Positions 22,746-32,398 are shown, counted from the first letter of the stretch. The stretch is 64,000 nucleotides of DNA from Candidatus Hydrogenedentota bacterium (GCA_045863315.1 BTUX01000001.1:6611-70610); one strand, 5' to 3'. The notes: a model not told the origin generated them from the sequence alone. Numbers and translations are program-made.

Positions 22746-23744
22746 ATGCGAACGGTCGAAGTATCGGCTAAGACACGGGAAGAAGCGATCAAGAAGGCGT
22801 TGCACGAACTGGGGGTGGAGCGGGACGAGGCGCACGTCGAGATTCTGGATGAAGGCAGCCGCGGTATATTCGGATTGGGCGCGCGCGACGTGCGGCTGCG
22901 CGTTTCGAGCGAGGCCGCCAAGGCGAGGCCTTCGCATGCGGCCGGCGACGCCGCGCTCTTGCTGAAGGAAATCATTCAACGAACCGGCATTGAAGCAACG
23001 GTGCGCAGCGAGTCGACCGCCGACGGCGGCATGTGCCTGAAGGTCAGCTCGCCGGATTCGGCGCTGCTGATCGGGCGCAAGGGGCGAAGCCTCAGTTCGC
23101 TCCAGTATCTCATCAACCGCATGATTCATCGCGGCGACAACGATGACACAGAGCGAATCACGATCGACATCGAAGGATATCTCGATCGGCGGCAAGAAGC
23201 CCTCGAGGACCTCGCGCGCCGGCTGGCCCGGCGCGCCAAGGAAACGGGACGCCGGGTCCGCGTGAAACCCATGAGCGCGCAAGAACGGCGGATTATTCAC
23301 GTCGTCCTCGAGAACGATCCGGACGTCAAGACCTTCAGCATCGGCGACGCCGCCATGCGCAGCGTCGTTATCGCCCCGAAAGACGAAAAAACCGGCGAGG
23401 ACGAACGCGGCAGCGAGCGGCATCAGCGGCGGCCCCATCCGCAGCGGCGCGGCGGCGGGCCCCGCCAAGGCGGCGAGCGTCGCGGTCCATCGGCACAACC
23501 GCGACGAGAACACTGGCGAGATCGCCGCGCTCCAGCAGACCGAAGCGGCGGACCGGACCTTGCCGTTCGCGAGGAAGGGGGGGACCGGCCGGATCAGGGC
23601 GAACGCGGGGAACGGGAAAACCGCACGTTCAACGGACCTCGTGGGCGCAGGCGCGGCAGGCGGCGCGGGGGACCGCGGCCCGAACGTCGGGGCCAGGGGC
23701 CCGCGCCCGTAGAGGCGCCGGCCGGTGAACCGCAGGACGCCTGA
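22746..23744 (+). CDS. jag: Jag/KhpB RNA-binding protein (Jag_N + KH + R3H) with long Arg/Gly-rich C-terminal tail
   Basis: N-terminal Jag_N-like region, KH-like GRKGRSLSSLQYLINRMI, R3H-like ERRIIHVVL. The last 130 aa or so are RG/RR low-complexity. Canonical position after yidC. Confidence 0.7.
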   Translation: MRTVEVSAKTREEAIKKALHELGVERDEAHVEILDEGSRGIFGLGARDVRLRVSSEAAKARPSHAAGDAALLLKEIIQRTGIEATVRSESTADGGMCLKVSSPDSALLIGRKGRSLSSLQYLINRMIHRGDNDDTERITIDIEGYLDRRQEALEDLARRLARRAKETGRRVRVKPMSAQERRIIHVVLENDPDVKTFSIGDAAMRSVVIAPKDEKTGEDERGSERHQRRPHPQRRGGGPRQGGERRGPSAQPRREHWRDRRAPADRSGGPDLAVREEGGDRPDQGERGERENRTFNGPRGRRRGRRRGGPRPERRGQGPAPVEAPAGEPQDA

Positions 23745-25104
23745 AGACACCATCGCGGCGATCTCGACGCCGCCGGGCGAAGGCGGCATCGGCATCGTCA
23801 GGCTGAGCGGCCCTCAGGCCATCGCGATCGCGCGCCGCATGTTCGTTTCCTCACGCGGGAAAGACATTCGTGTGGCGAAAGGGCCGGTGTTTCACGGCGA
23901 AATCCGCGACGAACGCGGCACGCTGGACGAAGTGCTTGTTCACGTCATGCGCGCGCCGCACAGCTATACCGCGGAAGACGTGGTCGAGATCAACGGGCAC
24001 GGTGGCGCGGGTCCGCTTCAGTCGATTCTGGAGTTCGCGCTGCGCTGTGGTGCGCGCCTCGCCGAACCGGGCGAGTTTACCAAACGGGCGTTCCTCAACG
24101 GCCGGATCGATCTCGTCCAGGCCGAGGCGGTCATCGATCGTATCCGCGCCCGAACGGACGCCTCGTTGAGGGCCGCCGCGGCCGCGGGCAGCGGCGTTCT
24201 GTCGCAATCCATTCACGCGCTGCGGGAAGTCCTGATTGACGCCCTCGCGCGCGTCGAATCCGCCATCGACTTCCCTGAGGAGGACTTGCCCGAACTCGTG
24301 GATGAAGCCTTGCGCACGCGGCTCGCGCAGGCACGCGACCGCATGTCCGACCTCCTCGCCACCGCCCAGACGGGCCGGCTCTACCGCGAAGGCGCGTCGG
24401 TCGCCATCGCCGGCCGGCCCAACGTCGGCAAATCCAGCCTGTTCAACGCGCTGCTGCGCGACGCCCGGGCCATTGTCACCGCAGTCCCCGGCACGACGCG
24501 CGATTTGCTGGAAGAAGTCATCACGATCGACGGCGTACCCGTCCGCCTCAACGACACGGCGGGATTGCGCGCCACGAGCGACGAAGTCGAGCAAATCGGA
24601 ATGGAACGCGCGCGTTCGGCGCTCCGGGCGGCCGACATCGTGCTGTGCGTGGTGGACGCGTCCGTCCCCTACACGCCCGAGGACGCCGAACTGGCGTGCG
24701 ACTTGGTGGCGCTTGGGCGCCCCGCCGTGCTCGTGCTGAACAAGACCGATCTCGCGCCCTCGCCGCGCCCACCCGATTGGGCCTCGGAATTCCATCATAC
24801 CGTCGCGGTATCGTCGCTCACCGGCGAAGGACTGAAGACCTTGGAACGGACGCTGGGCCGGATGTTGCTCGGCGGCGCGCCGATTGCTCCGGACCAGGGG
24901 CTCATCACACGCGTGCACCAACGCGACAGTTTGCGCCGCGCCCGTGAAGCCCTCGAACGGGTGTTGGAGAACTACAACGCGTCGCCGGAGTTTCTCAGCA
25001 TTGACCTGCGGGACTCTCTCGACGCGCTGGGCGAAATCACCGGCGACACCACGCCGGAAGACGTCCTGGATCGCATTTTCTCCTCGTTCTGCATCGGCAA
25101 GTGA
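23725..25104 (+). CDS. mnmE: tRNA modification GTPase MnmE (TrmE)
   Basis: N-terminal IAAISTPPGEGGIGIVRLSG, G-domain motifs GRPNVGKSSL and DTAG, and the C-terminal CIGK tetrapeptide typical of MnmE. Confidence 0.9.
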   Translation: MNRRTPEDTIAAISTPPGEGGIGIVRLSGPQAIAIARRMFVSSRGKDIRVAKGPVFHGEIRDERGTLDEVLVHVMRAPHSYTAEDVVEINGHGGAGPLQSILEFALRCGARLAEPGEFTKRAFLNGRIDLVQAEAVIDRIRARTDASLRAAAAAGSGVLSQSIHALREVLIDALARVESAIDFPEEDLPELVDEALRTRLAQARDRMSDLLATAQTGRLYREGASVAIAGRPNVGKSSLFNALLRDARAIVTAVPGTTRDLLEEVITIDGVPVRLNDTAGLRATSDEVEQIGMERARSALRAADIVLCVVDASVPYTPEDAELACDLVALGRPAVLVLNKTDLAPSPRPPDWASEFHHTVAVSSLTGEGLKTLERTLGRMLLGGAPIAPDQGLITRVHQRDSLRRAREALERVLENYNASPEFLSIDLRDSLDALGEITGDTTPEDVLDRIFSSFCIGK

Positions 25105-25156
25105 GTGTCTCCTTTGGATCGTCGCCGGGCGCGCCGGTTCCTGTAGAATACGCCCG

Positions 25157-25690
25157 ATGAAACCGCCGAAGAGATTCGAGACCAGCCGCGTCGTGCTCCG
25201 GATGCCCACGCTCGACGACGCGGAATCGATCTTCGAATCGTTCGCGCGCGATCCCGAAGTGACCCGATACCTTTCCTGGAAGCACCACCGCACCATCGAA
25301 CAGACCGACGAATTCCTCGTGGGCTGCCTCGGACGGTGGGAAGACGGCACGGAGTACACATGGGCGATTGTTCCCCGCGGCCGGAACGACTGCATCGGCT
25401 TGATCGCGTTGCGCGTCCGCGATTGCAGGGCCGATCTCGGTTACGTCCTTGCCAGGGCTCATTGGGGGAAAGGGTACATGACCGACGCCGCCCGCACGGT
25501 CGCAGAATGGGCGCTCGCCCAACCTTCGATTTACCGCGTCTGGGCGGTGTGCGATGTGGACAATGTCGCGTCGGCCCGCGTCATGGAGAAGATCGGCATG
25601 ACCCGGGAAGGAATTCTCCGGCGGTGGATGGTCCATCCCGCCCACGGCGAAGTCCCTCGCGACTGCTACTGTTATTCCGTGATCAAGTAG
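25157..25690 (+). CDS. GNAT family N-acetyltransferase (RimJ/RimL-like)
   Basis: 177 aa with an acetyl-CoA binding-like region (RVMEKIGMTREG). Start placed at ATG 25157 within a longer upstream frame. Confidence 0.7.
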   Translation: MKPPKRFETSRVVLRMPTLDDAESIFESFARDPEVTRYLSWKHHRTIEQTDEFLVGCLGRWEDGTEYTWAIVPRGRNDCIGLIALRVRDCRADLGYVLARAHWGKGYMTDAARTVAEWALAQPSIYRVWAVCDVDNVASARVMEKIGMTREGILRRWMVHPAHGEVPRDCYCYSVIK

Positions 25691-25735
25691 CGCGAGATAC
25701 GCGGGTTCGGATAGGATTGCGTGTAGCCTTGGCCA

Positions 25736-26281
25736 ATGAAATCGACCCGGATGCAAAATTCTAGAGCGTCGGATCCTTACGCGGACTACCCCGCCAATTT
25801 CGATTATGCCCATTCCTGCGGCGTGATTTACGGCTGGTTCTCGGCGAAGGGCCTCACCCGCCTTGAACTGCCCCACGCCGAGCGTGGACCAATACACCGC
25901 AGCGTGTTGCACTCCTCGGCCAACGACACGCGGGTGCGCGCCCTGAAGTCCGCACTTGAACGCTATTTCTCCGGTTTGCGCGAAGATTTCAGCGAGGTGC
26001 CTCTCGACCTCGACCACGCGAGCGATTTTCAACGCGAGGTCTGGGAAGGCGCCCGAAATGTGCCGTGGGGACACAGCATGACCTACGGCGAACTGACGAC
26101 CCGATTGAACATGCCCAGAACCGCTTCGCGAGCGGTCGGTCACGCGCTGGGACAGAACCGAATCGCTATCGTCATACCCTGCCACCGGTTCATCGGGGCC
26201 GACGGCAAGTTGCATGGTTTCGCCGCGGGTCTGGCATGGAAGCGCAACCTACTCGCGCTGGAAGGGATTTTATTGCACTGA
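25736..26281 (+). CDS. ogt: Methylated-DNA--protein-cysteine methyltransferase
   Basis: C-terminal DNA-binding domain with the active-site motif IPCHRFIG. Confidence 0.8.
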   Translation: MKSTRMQNSRASDPYADYPANFDYAHSCGVIYGWFSAKGLTRLELPHAERGPIHRSVLHSSANDTRVRALKSALERYFSGLREDFSEVPLDLDHASDFQREVWEGARNVPWGHSMTYGELTTRLNMPRTASRAVGHALGQNRIAIVIPCHRFIGADGKLHGFAAGLAWKRNLLALEGILLH

Positions 26282-26284
26282 CGG

Positions 26285-27415
26285 CTACGCGCTACGCCGG
26301 CGTATGCGCAACGCGATCAGAAGCGCCGCCGTCGACACCACGAGGATGGTGAGGAGAAGTCGTCCGCGTGCTCCAATGCCTGAAGCGTCAGTTGAGGCAG
26401 CGGTCCCGCCCGTTCCCGTCGTGGCAGCGGGGGACTCATTGCTGGACGCAACGTCCGTCCTCGACGCCATCGCGGTGTGGATCGGCCCGTCGTCCGTCCC
26501 ACCGTGCCCTGCGACTGTAGCCGGCGACCTCGACTCATCTGCACGTTGACCGTCCGGGGTTCCGGACGGCCCGTCGTCCGCCATCGAACGATCGCCCGGC
26601 GTCGCCGCGTTCGCTCCGAGGGTCGCTCGAGCAACTTCCAACCGGCGAGTCGCCTCGTTTAACTCTGCGATTCGGTCCGCCATGTCGCCCAGCGGCGCGG
26701 TGTCCGATGCGATACCCGAGACTGCGACCGAGGGCCGGGACGGCGCGGCGGCTGGCAGGGTGGGCTCGCCTGGTCTCCCGACCGGTGCCCGGGTAGGCGG
26801 GGGCGGCGTGCCCGATGGGTCCGGTTCGGGCGACGGTGTCGGTGTGCTGGGTTCGGGAGTTGGAGTAGGGGGGGGCGGATCCTCCTCGTTCCCACTGCCA
26901 TCGTCCGTGGGAGGGGAATCGTTTGGCCCACCCCCGTCGTCCGGCGGAGCGGTCAATACCACAGTCCGTGCGCTTCCTTCTGAGGGAATCTCGAGGCCGT
27001 CCACGGAAGAAAACGTCGTGTTTCGAATGGCCACATCCGACTGGTTGCCGGCCGCCGTCGCGACGCGGCGCAGCGTAACCGACGCTACTTCCCCCGATTG
27101 CATGGTGGTCGGGTTCATTCCGAAGACCAGCACCACGTATTCGCCCGGATTGATCATATTGGACTGGACGTCCTTGCGGGCCGAGCGCGCGGCCGACCCC
27201 GCCTCCGCGCCGACCGGCTCGAAGACGGTGGGATCGTAGCGGAATGTAAAGTCCATTGTGGCGACGCCCGGTCCCACGTCCCCTTGAAGGACCACCGGGA
27301 TTACGACATTGGCGCCGCTTATGCTCGGGTCTCCTGCGACGAGGGTACCCGCCCCGGCGACCGGGATCATGGCCGTCCACGCAGCTAGAACCGGCCATAC
27401 GACGGTAGGTTTCAT
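26285..27415 (-). CDS. Secreted, C-terminally membrane-anchored protein with cohesin-like N-terminal domain and Pro/Thr-rich linker
   Basis: Signal peptide, beta-rich domain of about 150 aa, PTPTPEPSTPTPSPEP linker and a C-terminal hydrophobic helix followed by RIRRRSA. The antisense ORF 26535-27398 is Arg-rich and rejected. Confidence 0.45.
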   Translation of the reverse strand: MKPTVVWPVLAAWTAMIPVAGAGTLVAGDPSISGANVVIPVVLQGDVGPGVATMDFTFRYDPTVFEPVGAEAGSAARSARKDVQSNMINPGEYVVLVFGMNPTTMQSGEVASVTLRRVATAAGNQSDVAIRNTTFSSVDGLEIPSEGSARTVVLTAPPDDGGGPNDSPPTDDGSGNEEDPPPPTPTPEPSTPTPSPEPDPSGTPPPPTRAPVGRPGEPTLPAAAPSRPSVAVSGIASDTAPLGDMADRIAELNEATRRLEVARATLGANAATPGDRSMADDGPSGTPDGQRADESRSPATVAGHGGTDDGPIHTAMASRTDVASSNESPAATTGTGGTAASTDASGIGARGRLLLTILVVSTAALLIALRIRRRSA

Positions 27416-27619
27416 TTGGTACTCCGCAAAAGCCCCGGCCCCAACCGGGGCGTCACGCAGTGGATAACGATCTCAGTATACCGTTTGTTGACGCTCGATA
27501 CCGAGTCGTCGATCCCGGCGTCGGGCGCAGGGCCAGTACCTGCCGGCCGTAGACCCTCTGTCGGCTCCGAGGAAAGAGCCCGCCCCAGGAAAGGCTCGGT
27601 TCACGGAACCCGGCAAGCC

Positions 27620-28255
27620 TCAAAAGAGACCGAGGCGGGCGTATGCGTCCACCTCGACTTCCGCTTGCCAGTCGATGGGCGAGTCGGGAGCCGTGCCTGC
27701 GGCCTGGATCAGCAACTTGGGACAGCCCGTGCCCGGCAAGGACTCGTTCTCGCGTATCAGTTCGAGCAAATCGACGCCCGATCGCGGTTCTATCTCGATC
27801 GCATCCCCAAAGCCGCTAAGGGAGAATGCCCCGCCAAGATTCACGCGGCCAAGTACGCCCCCCGATCTCGGCACAAAGTAAAGTTGAATGGCCTTGACGT
27901 TGCGGAAGTCGCCGCGGTCCGCGCGAATGACTGTAGTCCGAAGTTGGACGCGGCTGAGTCGCACCACGCTGCTCAGGTCAATGTTCCCCGCGACCCGGAA
28001 CACGTCCGTCAACTGGTCTTCAGTCGGCAGGTTGCACAGATCCTGCTCGACCGAGCCGGCCAGCAGCGGCAGATTGGCGTCATTCGCGAAAACCGACGGA
28101 TCCATCGTGCCCGCGCCCATGGGGATCGCAAAGGAGATCGGCCCAATTTCCAGACCGTTCTTGACGCCGCAGCCGGCTGCCAGCGCCGCCGCGAGGAGAA
28201 CCAAGATCACGAGGCGCATTAGATTACGCTCCACACTCTCCGTATCCATTGCCAT
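27620..28255 (-). CDS. Hypothetical lipoprotein
   Basis: Signal peptide with lipobox LAAGC; true start is possibly Met at 28219. The overlapping plus-strand ORF 27416-28222 is Arg-rich and not protein-like. Confidence 0.5.
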   Translation of the reverse strand: MAMDTESVERNLMRLVILVLLAAALAAGCGVKNGLEIGPISFAIPMGAGTMDPSVFANDANLPLLAGSVEQDLCNLPTEDQLTDVFRVAGNIDLSSVVRLSRVQLRTTVIRADRGDFRNVKAIQLYFVPRSGGVLGRVNLGGAFSLSGFGDAIEIEPRSGVDLLELIRENESLPGTGCPKLLIQAAGTAPDSPIDWQAEVEVDAYARLGLF

Positions 28256-28415
28256 TCCCGCACCGCTTCAGGTAGATTCGAGGGGCTCCACCGACGATAC
28301 AACCGATTCGGGGCAGTATTACGCGGAAATCCCGCAAAATTCTCGGTTTGAACAGGTTACACGGTGCGTCCGACCGGCTGTCGGGGAGCCGTGCCGCGTG
28401 CCCCACGAGCTAACT

Positions 28416-30116
28416 ATGACCAAGAAAGAAGTTGCCGCCGTACTCGAAGAAATCGCGATCCTGCTCGAACTGTGCGGCGAAAATCCGTTCAAGGCCCGCT
28501 CTTATCAGAACGTGGCGCGGGCGCTCGAGCAGCATGAGGAAGACCTGGACACGCTCGTGCGCGAAAAGCGGCTGCGGGAAGTCAAAGGCGTCGGCGACGC
28601 CCTGGAACAGAAAATCGAGGAACTGGTCACGACGGGAAAGCTGGGCTACCACCAGGAGTTGAGGGCCAAGTTTCCGGAGACGCTTTTCGAAATGTTCGTA
28701 ATACCGGGCCTCGGCGCAAAACGGATAAAGACCTTGTATGAAGACCTGAAGATTCAATCGCTGGGGGAGCTCGAGTACGCGTGCCGGAAAGGAAAGATCG
28801 CCGGACTGAAGGGGTTTGGCGAAAAGATGCAGCAGAAGATTCTTGAGGGCATCGCGTTCTCCAAGAAACACCAGGGACTGTATCTATTTCACAAGGCCCT
28901 CGAAGAAGCCACCCGGCTCCGGGAATGGATTGAGAAGGACAAGGCGGTCATCCGGATCGAGGTCGCGGGCAGCCTGCGCCGGCGAAAGGAAGTCGTGAAG
29001 GACATCGACATCGTTGCCTCGTCGAACAAGCCCGAGACCCTGATGCGGCGGTTCGTCGGGGCCGAAGGCGTGGAACGGGTCACCGGCCACGGCGAAACCA
29101 AATCGAGTGTTGTGCTCAAGTCGGGCATGGCGGCGGATCTGCGCGTCGTCACCGCTGCCGAGTTCCCCTATGCGCTCCACCATTTCACCGGCAGCAAAGC
29201 ACACAACGTCGCCATGCGGCAGCGCGCCAGAGACCTCGGTTTGAAAATGAACGAGTACGGTTTGTTCCGCGGCGACACCTTGATCAAATGCAAGGACGAG
29301 CGCGCGCTATTCAAGGAATTGGGTCTGCCGTTCATTCCTCCGGAACTGCGCGAAGACATGGGCGAACTCGAGTTGAACACGGAGCCGGCGCTTGTCGAGC
29401 GAACGGATCTCGTCGGCCTGATCCACTGTCATACGAACTACAGCGACGGCGCCGCCACCGTCGCGCAGATGGCCGAAGCCGCTAAACAGGAGGGTTACCA
29501 ATACCTCGTGCTGGCCGATCACAGCCAGAGCGCCGCCTACGCCGGCGGGCTCTCGCCCACGACGGTAAAGAAACAGCACAAGGAGATCGACGCGATCAAC
29601 TCCAAGATGAAAGGCTTCCGGATCATCAAAGGAATCGAATCGGATATCCGCGCGGACGGGTCGCTCGACTACGATGAGAGCATTCTGAAATCGTTCGAGG
29701 TGATCATCGCGTCGGTGCACAGCGGGTTGAACATGTCCGAAGCCGACGCGACGCGACGCGTCGTGAAGGCGATTGAAAACTCCTATACCACAATACTGGG
29801 GCACCCGACCGGACGCCTCCTGCTCATGCGCGAAGGGTACCCGCTGGATTACGAAAAGGTGTTTGATGCTGCGGTGGCCAACCGGGTGGCAATCGAGATC
29901 AATGCCAACCCGCACCGCCTCGACCTTGATTGGCGATACATCAAGCGCGCCCGCGACAAGGGCGTCATGTTCAGCATTGGACCGGACGCGCACAGCGTGG
30001 AAGGCATTGCGGACGTTCAATTCGGCGTGGGCATCGCGCGGAAGGGATGGCTTGCGCCCGAACACCTTCTGAACGCGATGACCGCGCAGCAACTCCTCGC
30101 ATGGAAGACGCGCTGA
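28416..30116 (+). CDS. polX: DNA polymerase X family protein with C-terminal PHP phosphoesterase domain
   Basis: N-terminal Pol-beta-like HhH and palm regions (GSLRRRKEVVKDIDIV) and a C-terminal PHP domain (HCHTNYSDG...ADHSQSAAY). Start at ATG 28416 (MTKKEV). Confidence 0.85.
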   Translation: MTKKEVAAVLEEIAILLELCGENPFKARSYQNVARALEQHEEDLDTLVREKRLREVKGVGDALEQKIEELVTTGKLGYHQELRAKFPETLFEMFVIPGLGAKRIKTLYEDLKIQSLGELEYACRKGKIAGLKGFGEKMQQKILEGIAFSKKHQGLYLFHKALEEATRLREWIEKDKAVIRIEVAGSLRRRKEVVKDIDIVASSNKPETLMRRFVGAEGVERVTGHGETKSSVVLKSGMAADLRVVTAAEFPYALHHFTGSKAHNVAMRQRARDLGLKMNEYGLFRGDTLIKCKDERALFKELGLPFIPPELREDMGELELNTEPALVERTDLVGLIHCHTNYSDGAATVAQMAEAAKQEGYQYLVLADHSQSAAYAGGLSPTTVKKQHKEIDAINSKMKGFRIIKGIESDIRADGSLDYDESILKSFEVIIASVHSGLNMSEADATRRVVKAIENSYTTILGHPTGRLLLMREGYPLDYEKVFDAAVANRVAIEINANPHRLDLDWRYIKRARDKGVMFSIGPDAHSVEGIADVQFGVGIARKGWLAPEHLLNAMTAQQLLAWKTR

Positions 30117-30793
30117 TGCCGCCGCTCAAGAACACGCTCGAGGGAAAGCGATCGCGCGCGGCCGAAGTCCTGCGCCGCCTGCGCGCCGAGTATCCCGATG
30201 CGACATGCTCGCTCGATTTCAAGGATCCCCTGCAGCTTCTGGTCGCCACGATTCTGGCGGCGCAGTGTACCGATGAGCGCGTGAACATCGTCACGAAGTC
30301 GCTGTTCAAGAAGTATCGCCGGCCCGCGGACTACGTGAACGCCCCTGTCGGCGAACTCGAGGAAGACATCCGCACCTGCGGCTTCTTCAATCAGAAGGCG
30401 AAAAGCATCCGCCATGCGTGCAGAACGATCATCGAGCGGTACGGCGGCAAAGTCCCCGGCACTATGGAGGAACTCCTGACCCTGGACGGCGTGGGCCGCA
30501 AGACCGCCAACGTCATCCTCGGCGAATGTTTCGGCGTTCCCGGCGTCATTGTCGACACACACTGCACCAGGCTGGCCAACCGCCTGGGGTTCACCCGGAA
30601 CACCGACGCGGGCAAGATCGAACAGGACATCATGAGAATCGTTCCCCGAGAGGACTGGAACATCTTCTCGCATTGCCTCGTGTTTCATGGACGCGCCGTC
30701 TGCAACGCCCGCGCCCCGCGGTGTTCCGAATGTGTCGTCAATACGCTCTGCCCCTTCCCCGCTACGCCGCAGGGCAGGAAGATCGCGAAGTGA
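30116..30793 (+). CDS. nth: Endonuclease III
   Basis: HhH-GPD motif LDGVGRKTANV and 4Fe-4S cluster loop CxxxxxxC..C..C. The start ATG overlaps the polX stop by 1 nt. Confidence 0.9.
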   Translation: MPPLKNTLEGKRSRAAEVLRRLRAEYPDATCSLDFKDPLQLLVATILAAQCTDERVNIVTKSLFKKYRRPADYVNAPVGELEEDIRTCGFFNQKAKSIRHACRTIIERYGGKVPGTMEELLTLDGVGRKTANVILGECFGVPGVIVDTHCTRLANRLGFTRNTDAGKIEQDIMRIVPREDWNIFSHCLVFHGRAVCNARAPRCSECVVNTLCPFPATPQGRKIAK

Positions 30794-30805
30794 AGGGGAT
30801 GGTCC

Positions 30806-31507
30806 ATGCCTGAAACCGCCCCGTCGAGCGGGAACCGGTCCGCATACTTTATCGTTTCGTATGTGGCGGTGGTCCTCCTGATCGACGCGCTCGCAACCAA
30901 CCGCGTCCACTGGGACCTCGACCTCGGCGTCGTGCAATGGTCAATCGAGTGGCGAAACTTCATGTGGCGTCACGATGACCAGTTCGACTCGTTCAAGTTT
31001 GTCCTCTGGTTGGTCGTTCCGTTCGCCTACAGCCTCGGTTCGGGGATGGACTGGGGCTACTTCGGCTTCGGGCGGTGGAAAAAAAACGATCTCCTGCTGC
31101 TCGCAGGCTTGATCGTCCTCGGCGGGCTGGCGGTCGGCGCCATCGCGTTCATCCCCGCGCTGCGCGAGTATTATCCTTCTCAGCGCGCGCTCTCGTGGCA
31201 TTCGAAGAACAAACTGCTCTACATGCAGTTGATGTGGAACCTCTCGTGGCTTCCGGGTTGGGAGTTCCTGCACCGCTATTTCCTGCTCAATGCCGTCCAA
31301 TCGCGTTGGCCGCGGTTCGGCTGGGTCCTTGTCCCTGTCGCCGAGGGACTCTACCACCTGCAAAAGCATTGGACGGAAATGCTCGCCATGGTCGCCGCGT
31401 CCGTCTTTTTCACGCAGTGGACCATGCGCCGCAAGAACTTGATGCTCCCGTTCATCGTCCACGCCGCTGTCGAGTTGGGCCTGGCCGCATTCCGAATTCT
31501 GGTGTAG
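30806..31507 (+). CDS. CPBP-family (CAAX protease-like/Abi) intramembrane protein
   Basis: Multi-TM protein with EFLHR, GLYHL and HAAVE motifs consistent with the CPBP EExxxR/FxxxH/HxxxN pattern. Confidence 0.5.
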   Translation: MPETAPSSGNRSAYFIVSYVAVVLLIDALATNRVHWDLDLGVVQWSIEWRNFMWRHDDQFDSFKFVLWLVVPFAYSLGSGMDWGYFGFGRWKKNDLLLLAGLIVLGGLAVGAIAFIPALREYYPSQRALSWHSKNKLLYMQLMWNLSWLPGWEFLHRYFLLNAVQSRWPRFGWVLVPVAEGLYHLQKHWTEMLAMVAASVFFTQWTMRRKNLMLPFIVHAAVELGLAAFRILV

Positions 31508-31864
31508 GTAGGCGCAGCGGGGCCGCGGCGGTTGCCTTGCATGGTCGGCGGCCTACAGATTCGCCTGGACTCGCTTACGAAGAACATTGAGGCGTTCAGC
31601 AAGAAGTTTCGGGTGGTGAACCCGCAAATGCATTTTCAGCCACCGATACACACCGATGAACACCGATGGCCGAGGGGCCGTGGTCGGTCCGTGTTGGTGT
31701 TTCCGTGGCTCGAGTGGATGGTTCGCGCGGCGCGCAGCGCGGCAGACCGCAGCCCCTCAGAACGCGGGCGGGCTGAACACAGCGCCCGCACAACGGCGCA
31801 CAGCGCGACAGGAGCGCAACCGGACGGAGAGCAACCGGACCGATCACAATTCGACAAAGCACAG

Positions 31865-32276
31865 CGCCCGCCCCCTCTGTCATTCCGAAGCGAAGCGAGG
31901 AATCTGGGTATACCGAGGACCACGTGCCCGCACACGACCGACACTATTACGTGTACATTATGGCCAGCCTATCCAAGGTCCTGTACGTGGGAGTGACGAA
32001 CAACCTTGACCGACGCGTATACGAACACAAGCAAGGCCAAACGCCCGGTTTCACGTCGCGCTACAAAGTCAACCGCCTTGTGTACTTCGAGGTGTTCAAC
32101 GACATCCGGTACGCGATCATGCGCGAGAAACAGATTAAGTCTTGGCGAAGGGAAAGATTGCGTTGATCAAGTCGCAGAACCCCTCCTGGTCCGATCTGTC
32201 GGCGGCAGACGACGGCTGAGTGCCGAAGCAGATTCCTCCTTCGCGAAGCGCGCCGTCGGAATGACAGGCGGGGGCG
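31865..32276 (+). mobile_element. GIY-YIG mini-element: 80-aa GIY-YIG gene bounded by about 45-bp imperfect terminal inverted repeats
   Basis: Left end CGCCCGCCCCCTCTGTCATTCCGAAGCGAAGCGAGGAATCTG (31865-31906). Right end is its inverse complement with a differing central segment (32229-32276). The enclosed ORF is 31924-32166. Confidence 0.4.
31924..32166 (+). CDS. GIY-YIG nuclease family protein (small, UPF0213/YhbQ-like)
   Basis: HYYVYIMAS...LYVGVTNNLDRRVYEHKQG...EKQIKSW matches the GIY-YIG core, including the Arg and Glu. GTG start. Confidence 0.75.
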   Translation: MPAHDRHYYVYIMASLSKVLYVGVTNNLDRRVYEHKQGQTPGFTSRYKVNRLVYFEVFNDIRYAIMREKQIKSWRRERLR

Positions 32277-32398
32277 TTCTTAAGGGTCGGTAAGGCTCGG
32301 TCGTGATACCGCTGCAGTCGAGGACAAAGTCTGATGCGCGAGTATAATCAGATACTGCGCGTCTATCCCGCATGGTGCGCGACTGCCCTCTGCCATAC

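Noticed and set aside
27416-28222. 268-aa plus-strand ORF overlapping the lipoprotein gene
   Set aside because: Arg-rich and not protein-like. The minus-strand frame has a clean signal peptide and lipobox.
31656-32009. 117-aa ORF across GIY-YIG element end A, and 32334-32537 across copy C
   Set aside because: Their shared PLCHSEAKRGI/PFCHSDAKRGI peptides derive from the repeated DNA. They overlap the bona fide GIY-YIG gene and contain no domain.
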